Shown: one piece after another, positions 1 through 12,672 of the stretch
Layout: every line of letters begins with the position of its first letter
Numbering within the stretch: the stretch's first letter is position 1
From: Paecilomyces variotii
Lineage: Eukaryota
Assembly (NCBI GenBank): GCA_004022145.1
Contig: RCNU01000004.1
Direction: 5' to 3' (one strand)
DNA: 64,000 bases
Notes under the pieces: generated by a model
Database searches by the model: none
The model's input: only the letters and a program-made list of their open reading frames with translations
What the model was told of the DNA's origin: nothing
Translations under genes and position numbers: made by a program

Positions 1-609
1 CAGGTCCTCAAGGAGATTTCGCGCAAGGTCACACGCATTCAAGACCCCAGTCTGAGCGACTACCAGATTCGCGACCTGAACGATGAAATCAACAAGCTCA
101 TGCGCGAAAAATGGATGTGGGAAATGCAGATACGGAATTTAGGCGGGCCTAATTACATGCGGGGTGGAGGGCGGGTCTATGACGATGAAGGAAGGGAGAT
201 ACCGGGTGGTGGGAAAGGGTATCGCTACTTTGGGCGCGCGAGAGAACTTCCCGGCGTCAAAGAGATGTTCGAGGCGGCCGCCAGGCGAGGGCGTAGACCC
301 GCAGAGGAGGAAGAGGATACCGGAGGAGGCCGTGGAGGAGATGTGGCCAAGAAGAATGTCGATGCAGCCTATTTCGGATATGGGTTGGATGAAGAGGATG
401 GGACGCTACTGGCGTACGAGAAGAAGAAGGAGAAGGAGGCTCTCGAGAGTATGATGAAGCAAGGGAAGGAGGACGACGTGGAGGATGGATGGGAACCATT
501 ACCGGGCGATGCTGGCGATGGTGTTGAGTGGCGATTGCCGACACTTGAGGAAGTGCAAGAAGAACTCGTCGACCGGAGGAGACGGCGATTGCTGGACAAG
601 ATCTCATAA
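1..609 (+). CDS. ISY1: Pre-mRNA splicing factor Isy1 (5'-truncated by window edge)
   Basis: Frame open from base 1: QVLKEISRKVTRIQDPSLSDYQIRDLNDEINKLMREKWMWE...GYRYFGRARELPGVKEMF, the Isy1 signature. Confidence 0.93.
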   Translation, partial: QVLKEISRKVTRIQDPSLSDYQIRDLNDEINKLMREKWMWEMQIRNLGGPNYMRGGGRVYDDEGREIPGGGKGYRYFGRARELPGVKEMFEAAARRGRRPAEEEEDTGGGRGGDVAKKNVDAAYFGYGLDEEDGTLLAYEKKKEKEALESMMKQGKEDDVEDGWEPLPGDAGDGVEWRLPTLEEVQEELVDRRRRRLLDKIS

Positions 610-852
610 CTCATTCAGGGTTTTCATTTCTTCTCTCGGAGTTAGGGTTGTGTATCTCTTTTCCTATGTCATTTCCAGGGCTTTTACATGATGATCTTTT
701 TTTTTCTTTGTCGGATGTGCCTGCGCAGCCTTCCTCTTTTGATACAACATGCCGTCTCTGAGAATTTCAGGGAAAAAAACAATGGATTGGTGGTACAATG
801 TAATTCTCTTATCTACTGTACAAAAATATACGTCTACATGATATCATACATC

Positions 853-1947
853 TCATGCTGGTGAATTTCGTTGTTTTCTCGCCAGTTTTGCGGCCTTCAG
901 CGCCTGTGTCATGCTCGGACCAGGCTCTTCCCCAGTGTCGTGTTGGCGCCGTTCATGCTCAGCATCCACATCGTCGAGGATGAATTTCCCCAACTCACCG
1001 GCTCTCCACTTCTGTATGAAACGCAGCGCTGCAAGGTCTATATTCGGGACCCCTCCCTTGGCAAGTAATCCCGTTTGACGTGCAAAAGCCTGGAGGAGAG
1101 GCAGGGCCTCGTTGGTCGGTTCTGACCATCGCTGATACACCTGCGGGTTGTGCAGGTTGATATGATATAATAAATAGTCTGCTATAGTGGTAGGTGGAAT
1201 GATGGTATCTTTCACGCAGCCACAGAGCGCCAGCTTTAGCATCCTTTCGGCATCTGGCATGTAAGGAACGAATACACCGGGCGTATCGAGTACGTAGACA
1301 TCCGAGCCTTCTTCTCGCTCAACGATCTTGACAGGTGTCCCGATCTTTCTTGTTATTCCAGGCTGGTCACCTGTTCTGACAGCTTTTGCTTTTCCCATGC
1401 CTTGGTTCCGGAGAGCGTTGATTAGTGTCGATTTACCCACGTTGGGCATTCCGACAACCATAACGCGACATCCCACCAGCCGATCCGGACCATGAGCATC
1501 ATTCCTAAGATATTTGATGACGGATGCAGTGTCTTTATTCGAAGACGAACTGACAAAGAAGACGGCGCTTTTTGGATCCAGGTTCCGGATCTTTTTCTCG
1601 GTCTAGAAAATATGGATTCCTGTAAGCCGGCGCGTCTTCCACGAAACTCAAGTGATATAAACACGCATAGCGAAACTTACTTGCTGCACTGCCGCTCTGT
1701 GATTCCCTCCCAAATCTCTCTTAGTATAAACTATCATTCGTGATTTATCCCCAAGCGCTTCCTCGAACATAGGATTGATCGAAGTGACCGGAGCGCGGAA
1801 ATCACGGCATTCAATGATATAGTCCACAGACGACAACATATTCTTCATCTTTTCCAGTCCGGCCCGGTGATGACCGAGGAAATAAGATCTGGGAATCGAT
1901 TCATAATGAGGGAAGATCTTGCGCGGAATAAACTTGGCTGCCATCAT
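853..1947 (-). CDS. MTG1: Mitochondrial ribosome-assembly GTPase (YlqF/RbgA family), 2 exons
   Basis: Circularly permuted GTPase motifs ECRDFRAP, TKRD, GMPNVGKS, DTPGV; intron ~1603-1680. Confidence 0.9.
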
Positions 1948-2429
1948 GAGGGAATTGCGAAGGGGTGAGTGATTCTGAATAGAATCTGCAAAGACATCAT
2001 CCCAAAACACCCCGACCATGCCTATAGTGACATGTAAGGTGCTTTAAGCGTTGAGACTGTATGAAAAACAGGCGCGAAACCGGAGATATAGAATTTCGTC
2101 TTCATCGAAGCTTTCAAAAGTCGACAGATTGTGCTGGCAGAATGAAGGCGGTGAGTGGGAAAGCAGTGACGTCGGCTGTAGATATCGGGCTTTTTGATAA
2201 AGTGGGAGGAGGCACAAGTTAGTCCGGGCGATCTAGCTCGTATTCTGATAACTAACTTGACTCGAAATCTTGTCTTTTCTCGCTGTAACAATGCAAGTCC
2301 GAGGTCTTCTTTAGGAAGTGCTTGTTCCCCGAATCTGCTCCCGGGACTACACCCAATTGCGCACAGCAATCTAGATAAAGATTATCTGGGCACCTACTGG
2401 CGGTCAAGGATTGCTTCAGTTACTTTACA

Positions 2430-4781
2430 ATGTCTTTGATCTCCGCTTTTCGCCCGCCCTCAGTGAGAGGCTCGTCCCTTCATCGACGAACGTGGCATAG
2501 GAGGAAGAAGAGTAGGCAGATGGAGCCTGAACCACCAGCTGAGGAGCTAGATCCAGATGCCCATTCGATCATAACCCCGTCCAAGCATACCCCAAAACCT
2601 ATTCGCTTGCTGAAAGGCAGCGTAGCGGCTGGTGGGCCTCTACGTCCATTTAGGCTGTTGAAACAGGATATTGTGAATATACGACGGCGGTGGGTGTCGG
2701 ACTGGACTGTCTTCAATCAATTGATCTTTGCCAGTGCCGTTTATGTGTTCTTTACCAACCTGCTACCGGGAATCACTTTCGCTAGTGATCTATATGTCCT
2801 CACTGGAAAGAACTGGGGGACAATAGAAGTTGTCTTCAGTACAGGGATCTGCGGAATTATTTTCTCTTTGTGCGTATGGGGTCTCTTAGCGCTGAGATGT
2901 CATCAATTACTTGCCCCATGTCCCAGAAAATATACTGTCTAACTTGATCTTTTCTATTTATTCGGATATTTTTGAACTCAAGACTGACCCTACGGTATTT
3001 GCAGATTTTCTATTCAGCCACTAACGATATTGGGTGTAACTGGCCCATTCTCGGTTCTGGCCGAGAACATATACTCACTGTGCAATGACTCGTTCAAGGT
3101 AAACTTGCTAGTCAATCGACAATTGATGTTGTTGAACTTGTACTCATATTCCTAGATTCCTTTTCTTCCTTTTATGGCGTGGTCACTCATCCATTCTGCT
3201 TGGCTGCATTATCTCCTCGCCATAATTAACGCCCACGACTGGACCATGCGTTATGTGACCACGTTCTCGACCGAAATATTTTCTCTTTTGAACAGTATTA
3301 TTTATTTCCACAAAGCCATCCAGGAATTACAAAGAGCGCATGACAGCTTGTCATTTGCGGCGTTTCTATATGCAGTGATTGGCGCTGTTGGGACTATGCT
3401 CCTTGCAATCTTTCTCTCAACCGCGGAGAGCTGGAAACCCTTATTTCACCGCTATATTCGTCTCGGCCTGACAGAATATGCTGCTGCTATTTCTATCATA
3501 ATTTTCATCGGTCTTCCTTACATTGGGGAACTAAAGCAGCTGGACAAGATGACTCTACAGGTCAGCACCTCGTTCAAGCCCACATCCCCCGAACGGGATA
3601 GATTTTTCGTCGAATTTTGGAAATTACCGGTGGCATGGATCTTTGGTGCTCTTATACCTGGGCTTATCATCACGGTACTCTTCTTCTTCGACCATGAGGT
3701 CAGTTCCATAATATGTACCATCGACCGGTATGGCACCCGAAAGCCAGGCGGGTTCGCTTGGGATATTGTCTTACTAGGCACAACAACGGCTATGTGTGGT
3801 ATTCTTGGAATACCGCCAGCAAATGGCTTGTTACCTCAGGCTCCTCTCCATTCAGAGTCCTTGATGCACGCAGAACGGGAACAGGTCACAGTCATTGTTG
3901 ACGGAGAGGAAAAAGTCGAAAATCGAGAAGTACGACGAGTCTATGAGCAAAGATGGTCGTCTTTTTTACATGCTGGAGGCGTTCTTCTCTTCGTCAGTCC
4001 GCCATTTATGCATGTCCTAGGATTGACACCCACAAGTGTGCTAGCTGGATTGTTCATGTTTATGGGAGAGCAAAGCTTATCCGTCAAGTAAGCATAACCC
4101 TCCCCATTTCATTTCTTGGGACTTAGTCTCTGTTATATGTGACTCGTCAGCTAATGTGATCCCAGCCCAATTCTATACCGAACATTCTATCTACTCACAC
4201 CACCCTCTGAGCTCCCTGCACTTCCACCCGCCCTCGGGTCTACATCACACTCAGATTCATCCTCTGAGTCCTCGCCGGCTAAAAGGCCCTCTTACCTACC
4301 CATTCACATCTACACGATCCTGCAGATCATCCTCACAGTAGTGATATTCATCGTCACGCTGACGCGCGGCGCTCCTGTTTTCCCAGTCCTCATCATAGCC
4401 CTTGTCCCATTCCGCCTCCTAATCATGAAACGGTGGTGGAACCGGGAGGTTCTCCGCTTTGTCGACGCCTGGGCCTGTCGCGAGGGAACACCTGAAGACG
4501 ACGAAGATGCCGAGAGACGAGCCGCTGAGGAAACGGAAGAGAGGGGCGATAACAACCGACGTGGTAGTGATAGCGGTGCCGAACGAGGTCTTTGGGATTC
4601 CAATCCTGTCGACGAAACTCAAAGCGAGAGACCTCATCCAGTTCAAGATTATGAGCATGATATGCGTGAAACGGCTGATGTTAGTGATGAATGGATCGAG
4701 CTGGGAATTCGAGTCCCCAAAAATGATGGGACTGGAACCAGCGCGAAGTTATCACCTGTTATTGGCAGCCAGAAGGATTGA
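2430..4781 (+). CDS. HCO3-/borate transporter (SLC4/Bor1 family), multi-exon; alternative start at 2520
   Basis: Motifs FTNLLPGITFASD, QPLTILGVTGP, PPANGLLPQAPLH, EQRWS; GT-AG introns join the ORF pieces. Confidence 0.88.
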
Positions 4782-5329
4782 CTACATATTTACTTATGGA
4801 GATCTCATGTTCTTATGTGTATATAAGCATAGAATTTGCCGGCTATGTGTACAGTTGTGTGTGAGCAGATCAATATACCCAACGGGTGATAACTTTGTAT
4901 AATCATTGATGTAACATTGACATTGCCCCTCAGGAAGAATCGCTAGTCTTCTGGAGGGTCAAGTGTAAACGGTCCATCGAGTTAATTAGTGGTGACAGGC
5001 TTCGCTTGCTTTCATCTAGAGTACCAGGCCATGTGTAACAACATATGAGTGATCTAGTCTTAAATAGCGTTTGGATACTACCATGACCATCTAGATATAT
5101 CATCCTATATGAAAGGAAAACCGAATATGTATGTACAAAAATAAGCAGCGTGCCTGTGGGTATCGCTCTTAACTAGCATGTCTTTCCCGTACTGCGCCAC
5201 CCGACGTATAAATTCCTAGCCCATCTCCAAAACAAACGTGAAATTGCACATGGTCTCCCAATGGATAGAATTCCTTGATAAGTACAGAATGTAGACAGTG
5301 TAACCCTCCAAGACGAGATTCTAGACGCG

Positions 5330-8140
5330 CTAAGCTCTCCAACCCTGCACGAAATCATGCAGACGGTCGATGACGACTCCAAAGATGGCATTCGCGCTGT
5401 CACTGATGAGCTGCTCGAAGTGTCGGATCGCCTCCTCCTCGCTCATCTCCAAGTGGAACCGCTCTTTGACCTTTAGGACAGCCTTGTCCGGTTCAACGCG
5501 AATATCAGGGATGTTCGCATCAACCATTAGGCTGAATAGGTTGAGGATAAGGTTAGCTGATTTCCGCAAGGTGGTGTACGCGGTGAAACAGTATTGCTTG
5601 AACTGCATGTAATTTGGAGATGAAGTGCCTCCCATGCCTTCGACCATTTCCTTGCAAAGTTTCATCATAGGCGCAAAAGGCTTGGGGTCTCTTCCCAATA
5701 TGAACCCGAAGTCAGCATGGAAGAAGTGTCCATCTGGTGCTAACAGAAGATTCTCTAGATGTCTGTCGCCGACGCCCAAGAGATAAGTTATCACACAGTA
5801 ACCCGCACAGGACTTGATATAAGTATCCATAGCCTCTTTGCGCACGCCAAGAGGATCACTGTCGTCCGGATTGTTGTCCTTGAGATAAGCGAGAATGGAG
5901 CCTTTGTATTTGGCAGAAGCCGCGGAGAGTGAGGTAGACGGGATGAACTGAGCGGCACCTGCGTTTGAGCTGGTGGCTAGAATCCGGTAGGGAGTCAGCT
6001 TGAGATCCAAATTCTCCTTTTGCAGCAGACGGTCCATCAACGTGATGATCTGTATCACAAGCTGATCCTGACGAAGGTCGTCGCCCACTTTGAAGAGAAT
6101 GGGATACTTGCGACCATCAGAGGTTTTGAAGTTGATGTGCAAGGGGGACAACGAAGATTTGAAGACATTTGACTCCTCTGGGAAGCAGCCGGTGATCAAT
6201 ACCTCCGGATCTAGTGGGAGCGGAAGAGGTGGCTCAATGCTAACCAACTCGTTCTTCGGGTCTTTGAGATATTTCTTTAGTTTCTCGATTTTGAGAGGCC
6301 GGGTATCGCGAGAAAACCTGACGTCTTTGGAGATCTTTGAAAGCACGGTGATCAACTCGCCCTGACGCAGGAGAATCTTTCGGTACTCTGGGTGCACTTT
6401 CTCTAGCTCGGCCATGAAATAGTACTCAACGCGAGCGAAAAGCCTTCGCTGGCTTGAAGAGGTGCCTGGACTAGCATCGTCACATTCCACCATAAGATAC
6501 CAGTGAAGGTAATTGCCCAGCTTGAAATTGTTGGCTGCACGAGTAACAAGGAAGTTGGCCAGGGAAGAATCGTGAGCTGCATCGTTGGGACTCTCTTCTG
6601 GACTCTTCTCGTATTTCAGGGCTTGGACAAGCTGGAGAAGGTAAAGAAGAAGCTCTTCATCATCTGCCTTCCTGAGACGCTCTACCGCATAGGTACGGAC
6701 AGCCGTATTGTCAAAGGTAGGACCCAGAAGTTCTAAGGCATCGTCGACATCGATCTCTGTCCATTTGGGGAGGATATCTACGGCCTGCCGCGCCTCACCC
6801 ACATCGCGCCAGTTCACTGATTTCACGAACTTCGTCAATGCCCTCTTATCGCGGGTCAAGTAATATCTAAAGCGCCACACGAGATCTTTCTCTTCAGCGC
6901 TTAGGTCCTGCGTGGGTCCGTAAGACATGATCACATTCAACTCATCGCGAATCTTCGGATTTGGCTTTAGGTCACGGTCCATGATCCCAGTACGATGACT
7001 TCGGACCAACCGTCTATGTTTGTCCTCACACGGATTCCCTGTCTGTCCGACTTCGGGATCATATACACGGATGATTCTGTTGGCCTCTTCCTCCGAACCC
7101 TGTATCCCAGGGCCGAACCGGACTTCAGGAGGCGGTTTTAGAGTAGAGTTAGGGTTTGTCTGCGTATGCTGGGGATGAGACGAGACAGGAGGGGGTGAGT
7201 ATTCATGATCAGCCCAGATGATCGGGTGGTCGAAACGCGGAAACTCGACATAGAGGACAAAGTTCTCATCGTCTCTTTCCTCTTCATCCGATGCGTTCTC
7301 ATCTGTACCCTCCGCATTTCCAGCGCTAATCTTTGCAGCCTTTAGCCGAATGGCGCGTTTCCTGGCAGCTTCCTCTGCCTTTAGCTTGATCTTCTCCAAC
7401 TGGCGGAATACCATCTGATCCATCCAGTCGATCCGAGGAATTTCACCCATCTCGTGCTTCTTGATAAGTGTCTCAACGCGTTCTAATTCCAACTCCTCCG
7501 GTGAAGGCTCTGCAGCACCTGACTGGTTAGGTCGGCGCCTTTTCGGCGGGGGCGTTGATGGGGTCGTAGTCGATGAGAAGCCATCTGCCGCTTTATGTCG
7601 ATAGATCTTGCATTTCTGCCTTCCCATTTTTAATTTCCCATCTGCATCAAACAACGATATTGTCGTTCCACCGAAGGGAACGCTGTGGCTATGTGCGCCA
7701 TCATCTCCAAGGGGGGACAGATCCCAGATCGTGATAGCCAATTGCGACTTCAATGGAGCATCTTTGATTGACATAGGCATCTGCAGCCATTCGTTCCATG
7801 CGCGCGTCGACTTAAATGATTTATATGATGTCTGCATAGGCACACCAAGGGGTTTTGAGTCCGACCATATCTGCGCCGTGACAAACAGATCCGAGATAGG
7901 GTTCTGGTTCGATCCAATGTGCCGCAGTTTGGGGTCCTTTAACAGAACGGAGTAAGATATCTGTTTCTGCTTTCCCTCCAGGGAACCACTGATAACTATT
8001 AGTACTCATAGTACCAAACCATCAATAGCACATAGGCCTCCGTCGAAGCAAATGGTTGTATGGACATTCAAGGAAGCTTACATCCTCACGTAGACTGGGA
8101 AGTTCAGCTGTGTAGAAACAGCGAATGTGAAGGCCTCCAT
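5330..8140 (-). CDS. VPS34: Class III phosphatidylinositol 3-kinase
   Basis: C2, helical and kinase domains: FKVGDDLRQDQL, GVGDRHLENLL, HADFGFILG; short first exon MEAFTFAVSTQ at 8140. Confidence 0.97.
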
Positions 8141-8550
8141 TTCTCCGCCTTCCTTGACCTCGACAATGGCTAGGGTTGCATCCTATCTCAGGCGTGAGCA
8201 GTGAACGTTGCTTTGGTCTTCGGTGCCTGGCCGGGAGCTCTTGATGCCGCATTGACCAGCTGATTGGCGATAACGCTCGGCATGACGTGGGGGAGCCCTG
8301 GTCACATGACCGCAGTCACGGGCGCGTCTCGAACGCGACTCCAGATGGAGAAGATGCGCTTTTAGTCGCGCACGGCTAATGTCCGGTGGTCTTTGCGAGA
8401 TGTTGTGATTCTGAGGTGTTGCTATTGACAAGAAAGCGGTCCTAAGCACCTATTCTTCACTCTACTTGGTGTTCTTGAACTGCACCTTCTTTGTCCACCA
8501 CCCGGACGTATCAATTTGCGGCGCAGCTTTTTCTGACGTCCCTGAAGAGC

Positions 8551-10068
8551 ATGGCACGCATTGCACGCACCCGAGCGCAACCTGAGCAAACCGATGACGG
8601 ATCAGACGTCAGCGCTCCTTCTTCACCAGAAACATCTATTTCATCTGACAAAGAGAACCACGAAGCTTCCAGACGGGACTCCCGTACGGAGAAGCGAAAG
8701 CAAGGCCGGACGATGGCGCCTGGTCAACCAACACCATCGAATTCCTCAGTGAACAAGAGACGGAGACTCGCGGAACGAGCTGCCAACACTCAGCTACCCA
8801 CTCCGTCGCAGGCGCGCCGGTCGCAAGTCACCGACAAAGATTTCTACGATCCCGACCAAGACGAAGACGAGCGTCGACGGATCCGTAAGGGCTTGAGGGA
8901 TCTTTCGAGAGAGTTACATGGTATGGTCCTTATCTCGAGACTTGTGGTCATTTTCTTACGAGCATACAGACTCGCGTTCTGAGTACTTGCAAGCCGGTAA
9001 TACCGGCCTTATCGACACGGTCGAAAAGGCGAATGAGCTTTTCTATCATGTTAAACAGACTGCCGATGCCACCATCGATTCACGCCTCTTAGTCAATGCG
9101 GCTGATTTGTCTTACAAGAAAACCGCGCAACTGACCCTGGGAGATACTGCGGCAGGCATTGATGTAGACGAGTTCGTCTCGAAATGTATATCATTTATGC
9201 ACAGCGCTCCAGAAGGCGACGCCTCAGCTGTTCCGAGTAGCACTCAGAGGCGCCGTCGGCAAAGGGCCGTGGAAGAGGCTGACGACAGTGACGATGAGCA
9301 AGGAGATGCGTTGAACTGGGACTGGCTCGGTCGTGCTGCATGTGTCCCGCATAATTACCGACCGGCCGTTTCTGGCTTTTTGCTGGGACCGCTATCGGTG
9401 CAGAAGCGTGTACGGCAAGTGACACAACACAGAGCGAGGGAGCGAATCGACCCTTCGCAGGCTGTGCAGCCGCAAGAGCTCCAGGAGGAGGACCTCGATA
9501 AGCAAGAGACTTCGAACCTCACGGCTATGTGCTCGAATATCAACAGGCTCCTGATCAAGATCCAAAAGAAGGGCCAAGAATCTGTGGAAAGGGAGCTGTC
9601 AGGCGTTCCAGATGTGACAGATGAAATGGTGCAGGAGGTAATGAGCAGGTACAATGTTGCCGATGACGGTGGCGTACCACTTTTCCGATTCTGCGTCAAT
9701 CCACGGTCTTTTGGGCAGACGGTGGAGAATCTGTTTTACGTCAGTTTCCTGGTCAGAGATGGCAGCGTTGGCGTTTCGATGGATAGTCGAGGGCTCCTAA
9801 CTTTGCGTGAGTTCATCCCTACGCTGAGATATATCATCCTGCGTTTATGATTTTCTTCTAACATATTCTTGATTCAGAGGCCGCGAAACCATATGCACCA
9901 AGCGAGGCACAGAGAAGAGGCATTCAAAAGCACCAAGCGGTGTTCAGCCTCGACTTTGAAACATGGCGTGATTTGATTGAAGTATACGAGATTACCGAAT
10001 CGCTCATTCCTCACCGCGAGGAAGAGGAGCATCTACAGAATAACCAACGCAGAGGCTGGTATAGCTAG
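8551..10068 (+). CDS. NSE4: Smc5/6 kleisin subunit Nse4/Qri2, 3 exons
   Basis: FYDPDQD..ERR, VKQTADATIDSRLLV, FLLGPLSVQK, NPRSFGQTVENLFYVSFLVRDG. Confidence 0.92.
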
Positions 10069-10710
10069 ATATGTCTGGTTCATCTTGGTTTTGGTGTCTG
10101 GTTATGTAGATAGGCTTGTGGCGTCTTCGGGTGTTGTGGTAGATCGTTGATACCCCTATTGCTGTCGCGGTACTCTCAAGCTATTTCTGGAATGAATAGA
10201 ATTTTTATTGGAATCCTCGTAGATAATTAGAAGGTGTTTAATCGAGAGCGTCGACCAAGTAGGATTATTTACGTGGCCTGCGTCTTGATTCTCCGCCTTG
10301 CCGGGCTGCCGTTCTAGGGAACTTCGGAGTCTATCAACGGTCCCGATATCAAGAACAAAGACGTCACGACTAGCTTCATGACAATGAAAGCACCAGCTCC
10401 AGCGCGATGGCATTCCATGTAACGCTTGGCGCAAACCTAATCTCGACATTGGAAGTTCTAGATTAACAAGCAATGTCCGGATTGGCGAACATCGCTACAG
10501 ATCTTATCCCATTCTAGGGTAACTACTCTAGACCCGTTGGCATGAAGCCCCTCTGACGCAGCTGACACTGACGTCGTTTCAAGCTCCCGGCTCGCTCCAA
10601 CACAAAGAACTTGGAGATAAGGCAACATTTTACTCTAGCTACCTATTTGACTCTCAATTGCGCAAATACTCTATCTCTCGCATCAAACAATTGATCGCGC
10701 ATTTTGAAGC

Positions 10711-11591
10711 ATGGCATCCAAACTATTCCCAGGGAATCCCTCTGAGGTGATGGTGATCCGCAAGGTCACACCAGACATTGTAACTCTGAGCGTACCTTTT
10801 GCGCGATTTGGGATCATCAAATTTGGAGGTCGAGGAACACTTGGTGAGCTGAACAGATAATTAGGCCAATTATCGCATGCTCGAGCTCTTTTACTGATAT
10901 GCTCTCTCGCCGTACAGTCAAGCTATCCTCCGGTTCTCTCGCCGTCTTCTCGCCCGTCGCACTCACGCCCCAAGTACACGACGCGATCACCTCGCTAGGA
11001 GGCCCAGTCAAATACATCGCAGCACCAGACATGGAGCATCACCTATACGTGACGCGATGGAAGGATGCATTTCCCGACGCGCAGGTCCTCGCGCCCGAAG
11101 GGCTCAAAGAGAAGCGGCAATCGAACCCGGAGTTCAAAAACACCGAATTCACACATATCTTCACGTCCGAGAACAAGCAAAAGCTACAGATCTCAGAAGA
11201 ATTCGACTCGGAATTCGAGACGGAATACGTCGACGGCCATGTATCGCGGGAACTGGTCTTTCTGCACAAGCGTAGCCGTACCCTGATCGAAGCTGACTTG
11301 CTTTTCAACCTCCCTGCAACAGAACAGTATTCGAAATCGGGCGTATCGCCCACGTCGGGGATATTGACGAGAATCATAGCGCCTCTGATGTCGACGGCTC
11401 CGCCAGCGACGTGGCAGAAAAGGTTCATATGGCATCTTACAGTAGCTAATCGCCAGCGATATAAGGAGTCTATTCGGAGGATTGATCAGTGGGATTTTGA
11501 TCGGTTGATTCCGTGCCATGGGGACGTGATCGAGACAGGGGCGAAGGGTGTGTTTAGGAATATAATGGAGTGGTTCCTTCGTGATAATTGA
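10711..11591 (+). CDS. DUF4336 / metallo-beta-lactamase-fold protein, 2 exons
   Basis: APDMEHHLY, ELVFLH..TLIEADLLFN, WDFDRLIPCHG; exon 1 MASKLFPGNPSEVMVIR. Confidence 0.8.
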
Positions 11592-11916
11592 GAAAAGCAG
11601 GATTCTGTTCATGGGAGTGGAGTTGACAGGGTTTGGACTATCGTGAGACAGTTGAGGAGCTGCAGTGGAGTTGAAAATGTCTTTCGAAAGGAAACGAATG
11701 ATACCTTGGCCAATCTTGGAGATATGCATTGTTTCGAGCTGATTCTGGTATTCGCTCTGAAAGTCACCGTTTGTCTTATACCCGATGCATGTCTATGAAG
11801 TATGTTGAGCCTAACCTCGGATCGAATTCAGAAGTTGATGTTAAATCCTGCCGACAATACCTTCTGAATATTACATATTACTTTATCTTTAACTATCTAT
11901 AATTGCATAAACTTAA

Positions 11917-12672
11917 TCAATGGCACCCCACCCCATACTTCCTAAGTCGGATATAATTATACGGCAGCGGAGCAAGCCATCCCGCACCCATGGAGACAGC
12001 CGCTGCAAGCCAGAATTTCGGATCATCAAGTGCCACTACACCTCCAGTGAGATTATAATCCACTATGCTCTCGACCGTCTCCATAGCCAACATTGAGAAG
12101 AGGCTCATTCCCAGGGCAGTCCTACCCGCGAGTACCAAAGGTAAGCGCTCAGAACCAAAACGGAGGAATAATGTTTCGAGAAGAAGTGATGTAGCCAGCC
12201 CTGCCATCACTAATTAGTGTTAGCCAAATCATGAGGCGTATGAAATCAGGTCTTTCTACAAAGTAGCATACTTACTTGAGATCGGCATGGTCATTCCCAT
12301 TCCAAGGCCTGGCCAGTACGTCTGTAGGAACCACATGCTGGAAAAGTCCCCGGAAGTACACCCAACGAGGCATCTCGTTGTGTTAACGGCTGCTCTTTTC
12401 CATGTTTCTTTTGAAGCCCAGAATTCAGGCTTGGTGATGCTTTCTGAGCTGGGGTTCGTGTGGTGGTGATGCTGGTGAGAATGTGAATGATGGCGACTAT
12501 GTGCTTCTGGTGCATTAGCGGTGTGTGAGGATTTGTACCGCGTTGTCTGTATAGCTGCTCTTCTGGATGGAATAGTAATACATGAGGAACTCGAAAATCC
12601 CAATATGGGACATCTCGAGGGGTGTATCAACGAGCGGGTGCCCTGTGTATTCAGACGTGTAGATATCCACAT
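11917..12672 (-). CDS. DUF4396-family membrane protein with His-rich N-terminal region, 2 exons
   Basis: NTTRCLVGCTSGDFSSMW, GMSLFSMLAME, GWLAPLPYNY..L.KYG..CH; intron ~12211-12275. Confidence 0.75.
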
